From Zestosphaera tikiterensis (lineage in GTDB: Archaea; Thermoproteota; Thermoprotei_A; Sulfolobales; NBVN01): DNA of 32,000 bases. The stretch covers positions 1 through 32,000 of the forward strand of contig NBVN01000006.1 in the NCBI GenBank assembly GCA_003056265.1, written 5' to 3'. Positions within the stretch are counted from its first letter, which is position 1. Each line of letters begins with the position of its first letter. Shown here in pieces: positions 8,807-17,261 of the stretch. The translations under genes and the position numbers were made by a program. The notes under the pieces were generated by a model. The model did no database searches and was not told the origin of the DNA. It saw only the letters and a list, made by a program, of their open reading frames with translations.

Positions 8807-8991
8807 ACAGGAATATAAATTTAACTGTAGTACATTGTCGTAACGAATCTCACGTAAGGATGTATTACTGAAGTTATGAAAGCTTATTAACAATAAAGTA
8901 TTATTAAGTTGTGGAGGTAGCGTAATACGGCAAACATGGAAAGCGCACTACAGAGTTCAGCGGGGTGGGATTACGTCCTACCCGCTTAGGC

Positions 8992-9353
8992 ATGGTGGGG
9001 GTTCCTTACGTATCGCCTTAATTATTGGTGAGGGATCGCCTCCCGGTAGGGAGCTTTACAGCTACGTAGTTGGTTTAGCATCTAAACATAGAGTTAGGGA
9101 TGTAGTCATTCATGTGGTGTCAACTTATGGAAGACCTCACTACATGCGTGCTTTACGTGATTTTATTCAAAGTAACATAAGCATGGGTTTAACGATTAGC
9201 TACTGTGGGAGTACTTCAGAGGATTTAACGAGTCTTTTAAAGTCCTTACGTGAGGAGGGCAATCCCTTTAAGATTTGCGTGTTGGGTAAAGTACCTCAGG
9301 AGTTTCTAAAAGTACTTGATAGCTTTGAAGTAGGTTACGACTGTCTGGGGTGA
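8992..9353 (+). pseudogene. Hypothetical alpha/beta protein with an unresolved or frame-disrupted 5' end
   Basis: The frame of ORF 9114..9353 stays open back to 8880 (78 sense codons). It reads as protein (…SLRIALIIGEGSPPGRELYSYVVGLASKHRVRDVVIHVV…) but has no ATG, GTG or TTG. ATG 8992 and ATG 8936 are each one nucleotide out of frame. Confidence 0.45.
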
Positions 9354-9359
9354 GCTTCC

Positions 9360-10868
9360 ATGGTTTTTGAAGTCGTGATTACTGTCGACAGAACTATGAT
9401 GACCGACCACCACGGTAAGGAGTTTTTAGGTTTTATGACTACGGGCCCCGCCGTAGGCATACCGGAGACCCTTTGGTTGTGGATAGCCGCACCTAAGCCT
9501 GAAGTCGACGATTTAGGCAGGCCTAAAGTAGCTCCATATGGTTTAAGGAAGGTTGAAGCCAAGCTTATAGACCTAGGGTTTAACGCCGCTGTTGTGGATC
9601 CCGACCATATAAATAAACACTTAGACACTATGAAGGTGTTGATGGTAGGTCATCATGACTACTTTGCTTACGGCCCTCCAAGCAGTGAGTGGTGGTTCAT
9701 AACCGGTGAAGAACCTGTGAATAGAAGGTCTTTCATTAGGTTTATGAGGAGCAAAGCTGTTAGGAGGGCTAAGGCTAAAGGCGTTAAGATTATTGCTGGA
9801 GGTCCTGCCGCGTGGCAGTGGTTATGGGAGCTTGACTTATGGAAGGAGTTCGGCGTGGATACCGTGGTCGACGGTGAGGCTGAGAGGGTCGTAGGTGATT
9901 TAGTTAGTAAGGCGTTGAACGGCGAGCAATTGCCTGACTACGTCTACGTAGGCCCGCATAACGCACCTTCAATAAGTGAGATTCCATTGATAAAAGGTGC
10001 GAGCGTTAACGGCTTAGTTGAGATTATGAGGGGTTGTCCCAGAGGCTGTAGGTTCTGCTCAGTTACGTTAAGGCCTCTTAGGTATATCCCGCTAGATTTT
10101 ATAGAGAAGGAGATTAAACTGAATGTATCTAAAGGTGTTAAGAGTGCTATACTGCATAGTGAGGACGTGCTTCTTTACGGCGCCGATGGAGTTAAGCCTA
10201 AGCCTGAGCCTTTAATTAAACTGCATGAGTTAGTTAGGGGGTTGGTTCCTGGTCATATAGCTTGGGCTCACTCAAGTCTTTCAGCAGTTAAATACGCTGA
10301 GGACAACTATAAGCTAGTCTCTAAGATAATGAATGATGTTCTCAACGATAAGCAAGACTACTTAGGTGTTGAGGTAGGTATAGAAACCGGGAGCGTTAAC
10401 TTAGCTAAGAAGATAATGCCGGCTAAGTCAGCGCCTTACCCTCCGGAGAAATGGCCTGAAGTTGTTGAGGACGCTTTCAGGATAATGCACGAGAATAGAA
10501 TCATCCCAGCAGCTACGTTAATATTGGGTTTCCCTGAGGAAACACCTGACGACGTAGTTAAAACGATTGAGTTGTTAGATAGGCTTAAACAGTACAGGAG
10601 TTTGATAGTGCCTATGTTTTTCGTGCCTATGGGTGCTTTAAAAGATAGGGACTGGTTTAGAAGGAACGCCGTTAAACACGAGCATGTTGAGTTAATGATT
10701 AAAACTTTAGAGCATTCGACATACTGGGCTGAGAACATAATGAGTGAGTTCTACGTTAAAGGATTTAAATACGCCCCTATAAAAATCCTCTTAAAGTTCT
10801 TCATATGGTATGTAAACCATAAAGTCAACAGCATAAAACCACAGCTTGAAGAAATGCTTAAGGCTTAA
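9360..10868 (+). CDS. Radical SAM protein with an N-terminal B12-binding-like domain (COG1032-type)
   Basis: 502 aa. It has a CX3CX2C cluster (CPRGCRFCS) after a Rossmann-like N-domain of about 210 aa. It starts 6 nt after the upstream ORF. Confidence 0.8.
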   Translation: MVFEVVITVDRTMMTDHHGKEFLGFMTTGPAVGIPETLWLWIAAPKPEVDDLGRPKVAPYGLRKVEAKLIDLGFNAAVVDPDHINKHLDTMKVLMVGHHDYFAYGPPSSEWWFITGEEPVNRRSFIRFMRSKAVRRAKAKGVKIIAGGPAAWQWLWELDLWKEFGVDTVVDGEAERVVGDLVSKALNGEQLPDYVYVGPHNAPSISEIPLIKGASVNGLVEIMRGCPRGCRFCSVTLRPLRYIPLDFIEKEIKLNVSKGVKSAILHSEDVLLYGADGVKPKPEPLIKLHELVRGLVPGHIAWAHSSLSAVKYAEDNYKLVSKIMNDVLNDKQDYLGVEVGIETGSVNLAKKIMPAKSAPYPPEKWPEVVEDAFRIMHENRIIPAATLILGFPEETPDDVVKTIELLDRLKQYRSLIVPMFFVPMGALKDRDWFRRNAVKHEHVELMIKTLEHSTYWAENIMSEFYVKGFKYAPIKILLKFFIWYVNHKVNSIKPQLEEMLKA

Positions 10869-10912
10869 TAAAAACTTTAAAACTTTTAGGTCTGGTTTCT
10901 TTAGGTGTTAAA

Positions 10913-12157
10913 GTGGGACGCGTGTATTTAATTCCCGTGGCTTCACCGTTGCACGACCCTCAAGCAGTTAATGAAGTTTTAAACCAGTATGTGGAAGTCC
11001 TTAAAAAACACGTTGATGAAGTCTTTAAGATCGTAACTTCTGAGGAAGACTTAAACAACGTAAGCGTAACTAGTGAGGATTTAGCTTTAGTTGCTGTTTT
11101 AACGGGTGGTAGTGAAGCTTTAACGGTTAGGGTGTCTGACCTCGCTGGTTATACTGCGTTATTACCTCATAAAACCATGAATAGCTTACCAGCTTCTTTA
11201 GAAGCGTACGCTACGTTAACAGCTTCAGGTAAGCCATCCTCGCTAATCCTGGAGTGGCCTCCAAACGGTAAAGTCCTTAACTTCATTAAGTCTTGGAAGG
11301 TTGTGTCGAAACTCTCCAGTTTGAAGTTAGGGCTTATTGGGGAGCCTTCGCCTTGGCTGACCTACAGCTCAGGAACTGAGGTTGAGAATGGGTTGAAGGA
11401 ACTCTTCAGTAATATGGAGTTCGTTAGGGTGGATCTTAAGGAACTCTACGATGAGGTGGGTAGGATTCCCAACTCGGAAGTTTCAAGTTTAGTTGAGAAC
11501 GTGTTTAAAGGTGCTGAGAGGAGTTTCGTAGCTAGAGAGGAGCTTGTGAAACCTCTTAAGATATACTTAGCTTTAAAGAATATCATCAGAAATTACGGGT
11601 TGGACGCTATAACTATAAGATGCTTTGACGTGATTAAGGAGTTGAAGACTACTGCCTGCCTATCGTTGGCTTTATTGAATTCGGAGGGTTTTGTTGCCGG
11701 TTGTGAAGGCGATTTACCAGCCGTTGTAACCATGTATTTAGCCTCTAAGTTAAGTGATTCACCTGCCTTCATGGGTAACTTAGCTTGGGTTGAGGGCAAC
11801 GAAGTTTTAGTGGCTCACTGCACTGTAGCGTTAAAACTTACTAGGGCGTACGAGTTAAAAACACACTTCGAGTCCGGTTTAGGTGTGGGCATAGCTGGCT
11901 TCATACCCGAAGGCTCTAAAGTAACTATGGTTAGGTTAGACCCCATATCTAGGACTTTAAGGTTTGCTGTGGGTACAGTAGCTTCTGGGGTTCCATTAAG
12001 TGCTCACCACTGCAGGACTCAAGTAAGGATAAGACTCAACGCTGATTTAAAGAACTTGATAGAGTATTCCATAGGTAACCACTACGTCTTAGTGTTTGAG
12101 GATATCTCAGAAGAGCTTAAATACGTTGCTGAAGTGCTTGGTCTAGCTGTTGACTGA
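10913..12157 (+). CDS. L-fucose/L-arabinose isomerase-family protein (FucI-like, COG2407-type); substrate unknown
   Basis: 414 aa with a GTG start. Family-like segments are IRCFD...ACLSLALLN..GFVAGCEGD...AFMGN...VAHC and GNHYVLVFED. Assigned by eye only. Confidence 0.5.
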   Translation: MGRVYLIPVASPLHDPQAVNEVLNQYVEVLKKHVDEVFKIVTSEEDLNNVSVTSEDLALVAVLTGGSEALTVRVSDLAGYTALLPHKTMNSLPASLEAYATLTASGKPSSLILEWPPNGKVLNFIKSWKVVSKLSSLKLGLIGEPSPWLTYSSGTEVENGLKELFSNMEFVRVDLKELYDEVGRIPNSEVSSLVENVFKGAERSFVAREELVKPLKIYLALKNIIRNYGLDAITIRCFDVIKELKTTACLSLALLNSEGFVAGCEGDLPAVVTMYLASKLSDSPAFMGNLAWVEGNEVLVAHCTVALKLTRAYELKTHFESGLGVGIAGFIPEGSKVTMVRLDPISRTLRFAVGTVASGVPLSAHHCRTQVRIRLNADLKNLIEYSIGNHYVLVFEDISEELKYVAEVLGLAVD

Positions 12158-12173
12158 TTCCACACCCGCTACT

Positions 12174-12635
12174 TTAACTTCTAGACGAAGGTATTCTCCT
12201 CCTATCTCCTACAACCCAGTAACTTCCATCGCTTCTTTCCTCAAGCTTAAATATAGGTACTTCATGTTTCACCCTCTCTAAAGCTAGCTGCGCTGCTTTA
12301 AACGCTTCCTCCCTCTCCGGGGCGGTTACGAAGATATATATCGTTGGATCCCTAGGCTTTAACTTACCTACCCTATGGATGATTATTAAGTCTCTAACTT
12401 TAAAGGTCTTCAGCAAATCGTTAGCTATGTCATTCATTACCTTAACAGCCAGGCTTTCATAAGCTTCGTAAGTTAAGCTTCTGACCTCATTTCCCTCAAC
12501 AACCCCCTTCACGAAACCCATGAACATAACTAAAGCTCCGCAACCCTCGCGAGAGGATTCCGTAAGCTTAGATATGATTGAGTTAACGTCAACCGCTTCC
12601 GTCGCTATGCGGGTTTCCACAACCACGTTAACCAC
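12174..12635 (-). CDS. moaE: Molybdopterin synthase catalytic subunit MoaE
   Basis: Contains GALVMFMGFVKG and the ...HRVGKL.PRD..I.I.V...R.EAF.A family pattern. The start is uncertain: GTG 12635 overlaps the moaD stop, and alternatives are GTG 12626 or ATG 12665. Confidence 0.75.
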   Translation of the reverse strand: MVNVVVETRIATEAVDVNSIISKLTESSREGCGALVMFMGFVKGVVEGNEVRSLTYEAYESLAVKVMNDIANDLLKTFKVRDLIIIHRVGKLKPRDPTIYIFVTAPEREEAFKAAQLALERVKHEVPIFKLEERSDGSYWVVGDRRRIPSSRS

Positions 12636-12888
12636 CGGCAGCTGGAGGTAGTAAAACGACTTCATCCATGTCGTTAATTAGGAAGTCCTCACCAACTATA
12701 GAGTCGTTAACCACGAACATAACGTTTATTTCAGCTTTACGTACCTTCTCTAGAAACTCCCTAAAAGAAACGTCCTTAGAAGCTAAGTCGTTAATTAACT
12801 TCCCAATCGGTGTTGGTGCGTTAACGACGAATTCAAAGTATTCTCTACCCGCTAAGTCTTTCAGTAACCCGTAAAGCCTTAACCTCAA
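12628..12888 (-). CDS. moaD: Molybdopterin synthase sulfur-carrier subunit MoaD
   Basis: 86 aa ending ...VVLLPPAAGG, immediately upstream of and overlapping moaE. Confidence 0.8.
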   Translation of the reverse strand: MRLRLYGLLKDLAGREYFEFVVNAPTPIGKLINDLASKDVSFREFLEKVRKAEINVMFVVNDSIVGEDFLINDMDEVVLLPPAAGG

Positions 12889-12961
12889 GTTAACCCACCT
12901 GAGAATATAACTTCATCAAGGTTTAATACCTTACTTAAAGAATATAGCTTTAGTGAGTTAT

Positions 12962-14014
12962 ATGAAGTATGTTAGGATATCCAGCAACTGCGGGTTGAAG
13001 GTTTCTGTGTTGTCTTTAGGTACGTGGCATCTACCTAGGCTACCGGAGAAAGATGATGTGGGTGCTTATAAAATAGACGTTGATGAGTTTAAGAAGGTTT
13101 TAAAGAAGGCCTTTGACGCGGGGATTAACTTCATCGACACAGCCAATAAATATCACGGCGGTATATCACCCGTGCCTTTATCTCATGCGGGATATGCTGA
13201 GAGGTTATTAGGTAAGTTAATTAAGGAGTTGAACCTACCTAGGGAGGAGTTAGTTATAGCAACTAAAGTCGGTGCTCAAATGTCTTCAGGGCCTAACGGT
13301 AGTGGGTTAAGTAGGAAACATATCGTGTGGCAGGTCAAAGAAAGCTTAAGTAGACTTCAGCTGGAGTATGTCGACATATATTACGCACACGTTTTCGACC
13401 CGGAGACCCCGAAGCTTGAAACCCTACGCACCTTCAACGACTTAGTTAGGAGGGGGTTAACTCTCCACCTAGGTTTAAGTAACATACCGCCACATCATTT
13501 AGTCGATTACTTAAGAATCTCTGAAATCGAGGGCTTAGAACCGGTGGTTGTTCTTCAATATAAGTATAACCTAATGGAGAGGGATGCAGAGAAAGACGTA
13601 ATACCTATAGCTAGGGAATTCAAGCTTGGAATAACGGCTTACTCACCTTTAGCGCAAGGCTTTCTAACAGGTAAGTACGTAGACATTCAAAGCAGGAAAT
13701 GGGTTATCCCGGAACTCTCTAGAGCTGCGTACATGACGCAAATGAGTAAGAGGTATTTCACGGACGAGAACCTGAAGTTCATGATTGACTTCGTAGAGTA
13801 CGCCAAATCCATGAACGTAACACCAACGCAACTAGCTCTAGCGTGGCTTTTGAAAATGTCTGAAATACATAACGTACCGATCATACCTATAATCGGTGTG
13901 TCGAAAATCAACCACTTAGAAGAAGCATTAGCAGCCACTGAAATCAATTTAAAAGACAACGACTTAAAATACTTGAATGAGATCTCATTAAAGATAAGCG
14001 TAAGCCCCCAATGA
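12962..14014 (+). CDS. Aldo/keto reductase family oxidoreductase
   Basis: MKYVRISSNCGLKVSVLSLGTW...GINFIDTANKY...YVDIYYAH...SNI...: an AKR catalytic-tetrad-like context. The ORF track starts at GTG 12953. ATG 12962 fits the family N-terminus better. Confidence 0.85.
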   Translation: MKYVRISSNCGLKVSVLSLGTWHLPRLPEKDDVGAYKIDVDEFKKVLKKAFDAGINFIDTANKYHGGISPVPLSHAGYAERLLGKLIKELNLPREELVIATKVGAQMSSGPNGSGLSRKHIVWQVKESLSRLQLEYVDIYYAHVFDPETPKLETLRTFNDLVRRGLTLHLGLSNIPPHHLVDYLRISEIEGLEPVVVLQYKYNLMERDAEKDVIPIAREFKLGITAYSPLAQGFLTGKYVDIQSRKWVIPELSRAAYMTQMSKRYFTDENLKFMIDFVEYAKSMNVTPTQLALAWLLKMSEIHNVPIIPIIGVSKINHLEEALAATEINLKDNDLKYLNEISLKISVSPQ

Positions 14015-14023
14015 ACTCGTAAA

Positions 14024-15040
14024 TCATTGTCGAGAAGTACTGGATATTAAGTCCTTTAAAGCATAGTTATCCAGTATTATCTCTATTAAATCTCTAAGAT
14101 ATGCGGAAATTCTCTTTACACTCTCTCTAAGGCTTACATATTCTGAGTGAGGGAAGTCCCCTACGTATGGAGCTGCCTCTATAGCCTTAAGCTTTGTTAG
14201 TAGCTTACCAAGCTCGTCTAGGGATTCGGCCTTAAACTTTATGGGTATATAGTTCGTGATGAAGCTGTAATTCCGTTTTAACTCTTTAATAAGATTCTCT
14301 AATTGAATAATCTTACCTACTGCTTGAATTTCTTTTAACTGTTTAGCAATGTTGAATAAGTGATCAGCTATTCTCTCCAATGTTTTTAAAATAAACACCA
14401 AGTAAAGAATTTCAGCAGGATTATTAAGCCCTATCTCAGCTAAGGTCGTCTTACCTAGCAACACATGATTTAACTGCCTCAATCCGTAGAGGTAAAGTTT
14501 ATCTATTAAATCATCTCTTTCAACAACTCTATCAAGTAAAACTGCGTTTCCCGTTATAAAGTAGTTCTCAATATCCTTAAACGAGTCTTCAGATAAGCTT
14601 ATAATTTTCCGTAGAACCTCACGTAAAGATAAGGTCGATAAGCTTGCTAAACACTGTAACGCTATGTAATCTTGACCTTCTTCAACAACTTCCAATCCTA
14701 TTGTCTTTTTGGATATTAAATCCATGACCTCTGATAATTCTTTACTCGTTATGTTGGGATACTTGATTACGATTTTATCATATCCAGTAACGTAAGACGC
14801 GATAACCTTAGCTATAAAGAACTCAGTGTTTCCCGGCATGAAATCTATTCGATACTCACTCACTTCATCACCTGCTTTGCTAAGCACATCTTCACTTAAT
14901 ATCTTTAAAGATAAGTCAGGCATAACCTCCACAAGCAGTTCACTACCTTGCCGTAAATTCACTCGTTCCACCCACTCTTTAGGTAAAGATATGATGTATG
15001 TTGAACCACCAACTATCTGCACTTTCCTCCTAAATCTCAC
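14024..15040 (-). CDS. AbrB/SpoVT DNA-binding domain fused to PhoU domains (archaeal 'phosphate uptake regulator' type)
   Basis: 338 aa with a GTG start. The N-terminus RKVQIVGGSTYIISLPKEWVERVNLRQGSEL is an AbrB swapped-hairpin motif. The C-terminal helical repeats include a PhoU-like ERIADH. It is transcribed divergently from pstS. Confidence 0.8.
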   Translation of the reverse strand: MRFRRKVQIVGGSTYIISLPKEWVERVNLRQGSELLVEVMPDLSLKILSEDVLSKAGDEVSEYRIDFMPGNTEFFIAKVIASYVTGYDKIVIKYPNITSKELSEVMDLISKKTIGLEVVEEGQDYIALQCLASLSTLSLREVLRKIISLSEDSFKDIENYFITGNAVLLDRVVERDDLIDKLYLYGLRQLNHVLLGKTTLAEIGLNNPAEILYLVFILKTLERIADHLFNIAKQLKEIQAVGKIIQLENLIKELKRNYSFITNYIPIKFKAESLDELGKLLTKLKAIEAAPYVGDFPHSEYVSLRESVKRISAYLRDLIEIILDNYALKDLISSTSRQ

Positions 15041-15150
15041 TTTCTCACCGTGATATATAATCTAAATTTACTATATAAATTTAATTGTTTATATATACTT
15101 TATAATAACGATATATAACTGCAACATCATAGCTCATCATGGTGGGTTAA
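15041..15150. promoter_or_regulatory. Divergent promoter region between the AbrB-PhoU gene and pstS, with four TATA-like boxes and a duplicated 9-mer
   Basis: GATATATAA occurs at 15052..15060 and 15110..15118. TATATAAAT-like and TTATATATAC-like elements lie between them. The 110 bp are almost purely A/T. Confidence 0.5.
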
Positions 15151-16317
15151 ATGGAAAAACGTGCGGTGACGTTAGCTGTTATTGGGTTGTTCGTGCTCGC
15201 CGCTGTAGCTGTTGTATTAGGATTCATAAGCTTTAAGACACCTGAAGCGCCCTCAGGAACTAAGCCTGAAGTTATGAGTTCAACCGCAACAACTTCTGCT
15301 ACATCAGCAGGTAAAGTGGCTATTTCAGGTGCTGGTGCTACGTTTCTAGCGCCACAGATGTTTGAATGGGCTCGCATATATACTCAAACGAAGGGTGTGG
15401 TTGTAGAGTATCAAAGCGTAGGTAGCGGCGCAGGAAGAGATATGTTCTTTAGAAACGTCACTCATTTCGGGGCAAGTGACGTACCTCTATCTAAAGAGCT
15501 TTATGAAAAATATAGAGGACGTGTTCTGCAGATTCCCGTAGTGATTGGCTCCATAGCTATAGTGTATAACATCCCTGAAATCCCTGAAAACACAAACCTT
15601 TGCTTGAGTGGTGATGTAATAGCCCTCATATATAAGGGGGAAATTAAGCGTTGGGACGATGAAAGAATATTAAGTGATAATCCAAGCCTTAAAAACTACC
15701 TACTAGGTAAAGAGATCGTAGCCGTGCATAGATCGGATTCAAGCGGAACTACGGGGGCTTTCACAATATATCTAAATAAAGTAGCGCCGAACATATGGAC
15801 TAAGGACTTAGTCGGTCTTACAGTAGATTGGCCTGCAGATAAGGTAGCTAAAGGTGTTGGTGGGAAGGGGAATGAAGGTGTTACGCAGGTTGTTCAAACA
15901 ACACCTTATTCCATCGGGTATGTGGAATTAAACTATGCTCTCCTTAACAAATTAAGGATGGCAGCAGTTAAAAACGCTGATGGATACTGCGTAGTTCCTA
16001 ATGAAACGACAATAGTTAACGCCGTTAAAAGCGCTTTCAAGTCTGGGTTAGCATTTCCGCAAACGCCTTTAGATGACTGGAGCGATGTTCCACAAAAGCT
16101 TATGAACGCACCGGGTAGAGATTCATACCCTATAGTTTCCTTTTCGTTCCTACTGTTCTGGAGGGAATACCCTAAGGAATTAGCTGGTGCGATTAAAGAC
16201 TTTATAAACTGGTTAAACACAGAGGGTCAAGGAAAAACTATCGTGGGTTATCTACCGATACCGGAGGAAGTACGTGAAATCAATTTGAAAGCACTTCAAA
16301 TTATAGAAGGTAGGTAA
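15151..16317 (+). CDS. pstS: Phosphate ABC transporter substrate-binding protein PstS (N-terminal TM/signal segment plus Ser/Thr-rich linker)
   Basis: 388 aa. Contains ISGAGATFLAPQM..W, SVGSGAG and HRSDSSGTT, which are PstS phosphate-binding motifs. It is the first gene of pstSCAB-phoU. Confidence 0.85.
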   Translation: MEKRAVTLAVIGLFVLAAVAVVLGFISFKTPEAPSGTKPEVMSSTATTSATSAGKVAISGAGATFLAPQMFEWARIYTQTKGVVVEYQSVGSGAGRDMFFRNVTHFGASDVPLSKELYEKYRGRVLQIPVVIGSIAIVYNIPEIPENTNLCLSGDVIALIYKGEIKRWDDERILSDNPSLKNYLLGKEIVAVHRSDSSGTTGAFTIYLNKVAPNIWTKDLVGLTVDWPADKVAKGVGGKGNEGVTQVVQTTPYSIGYVELNYALLNKLRMAAVKNADGYCVVPNETTIVNAVKSAFKSGLAFPQTPLDDWSDVPQKLMNAPGRDSYPIVSFSFLLFWREYPKELAGAIKDFINWLNTEGQGKTIVGYLPIPEEVREINLKALQIIEGR

Positions 16318-16331
16318 GGAAGGGTTAACAT

Positions 16332-17261
16332 ATGTTTTTTAAATCAAAACCTGATAAAATCCTTTTTATTTCATTGCTGCCTTTTTCCCTTACATCACTA
16401 GCTTTAATAGTTTACATAGCTCTAACCTTAGGTTGGGAAGCTCGTGAAGCTTTCCTAAGGTTTGGGGTTAAGTTATTTACGGAGAATGTATGGAGGGTTT
16501 CTGAAATACCTGAGTATGAAAGTTACGGACTTCTTTCTCCTTTGGTAGGCTCCATATACGTATCTATAACTTCAGTTCTGATTGCTTTACCTTTATCAAT
16601 ATCGTTAGCGTTTACTAGTGCTGAGTTCTTACCTAAGAACTTAAGTAAGATCGTATCACATTTAACTGATGTCATGGGCGGTGTGCCAACCGTTATCTAC
16701 GGGTTATGGGGTTCTCTGTTTCTAGCACCTGTACTTAGAGACGTATTTATGATTCCGCTGAACAGATATCTATGGTTTATACCTCTGTTTTCATGCACTC
16801 CCCTTACCGGTCACTCGATCTTGACTGCTAGCGTTGTTTTAGCTGTGGCTTCAGTGCCGTATATGACGTCCCTAGTTAGAGAGGGCTTAGCTATGATCCC
16901 ATTTAAATATAAGGAGGCTCTTTACAGCATAGGAGCTATGAGATATGAGTACTTCAAAGTTTTAACCGGTATGTTAAAACCGTATATAGTAGCTGCTACG
17001 TTATTAGGTTTTAGTAGAGTTTTAGGTGAGACTACCATCGTAGCTTTAACTATAGGTAACTCACTTAAGATCTCTCTCTGCGTGTTCGAGCCTGGTTCAA
17101 CAATACCTTCATTAATAGCTAATCAATTCGAAAGTGCTGGACTATATAAGTATGCTTTACCAACCCTCTTCGCGGGAAGTCTAGTCCTCTTGCTAATATG
17201 TTTAACGCTTACTTACGTCGGTATTCAAATAACTTACAAATGGAGGGAGTCTATGTTATGA
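16332..17261 (+). CDS. pstC: Phosphate ABC transporter permease PstC
   Basis: 309 aa polytopic membrane protein with an EAA-like loop (EGLAMIPFKYKEALYSIGA). Position in the operon supports the call. Confidence 0.85.
   Translation: MFFKSKPDKILFISLLPFSLTSLALIVYIALTLGWEAREAFLRFGVKLFTENVWRVSEIPEYESYGLLSPLVGSIYVSITSVLIALPLSISLAFTSAEFLPKNLSKIVSHLTDVMGGVPTVIYGLWGSLFLAPVLRDVFMIPLNRYLWFIPLFSCTPLTGHSILTASVVLAVASVPYMTSLVREGLAMIPFKYKEALYSIGAMRYEYFKVLTGMLKPYIVAATLLGFSRVLGETTIVALTIGNSLKISLCVFEPGSTIPSLIANQFESAGLYKYALPTLFAGSLVLLLICLTLTYVGIQITYKWRESML

Noticed and set aside
15100-15109. The 10-mer TTATAATAAC is shared between the pst promoter and the ykoD promoter (25433-25442). Considered as a common regulator site.
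   Set aside because: It is pure A/T and TATA-box-like, the two operons are functionally unrelated, and a match like this is plausible by chance in AT-rich promoters.
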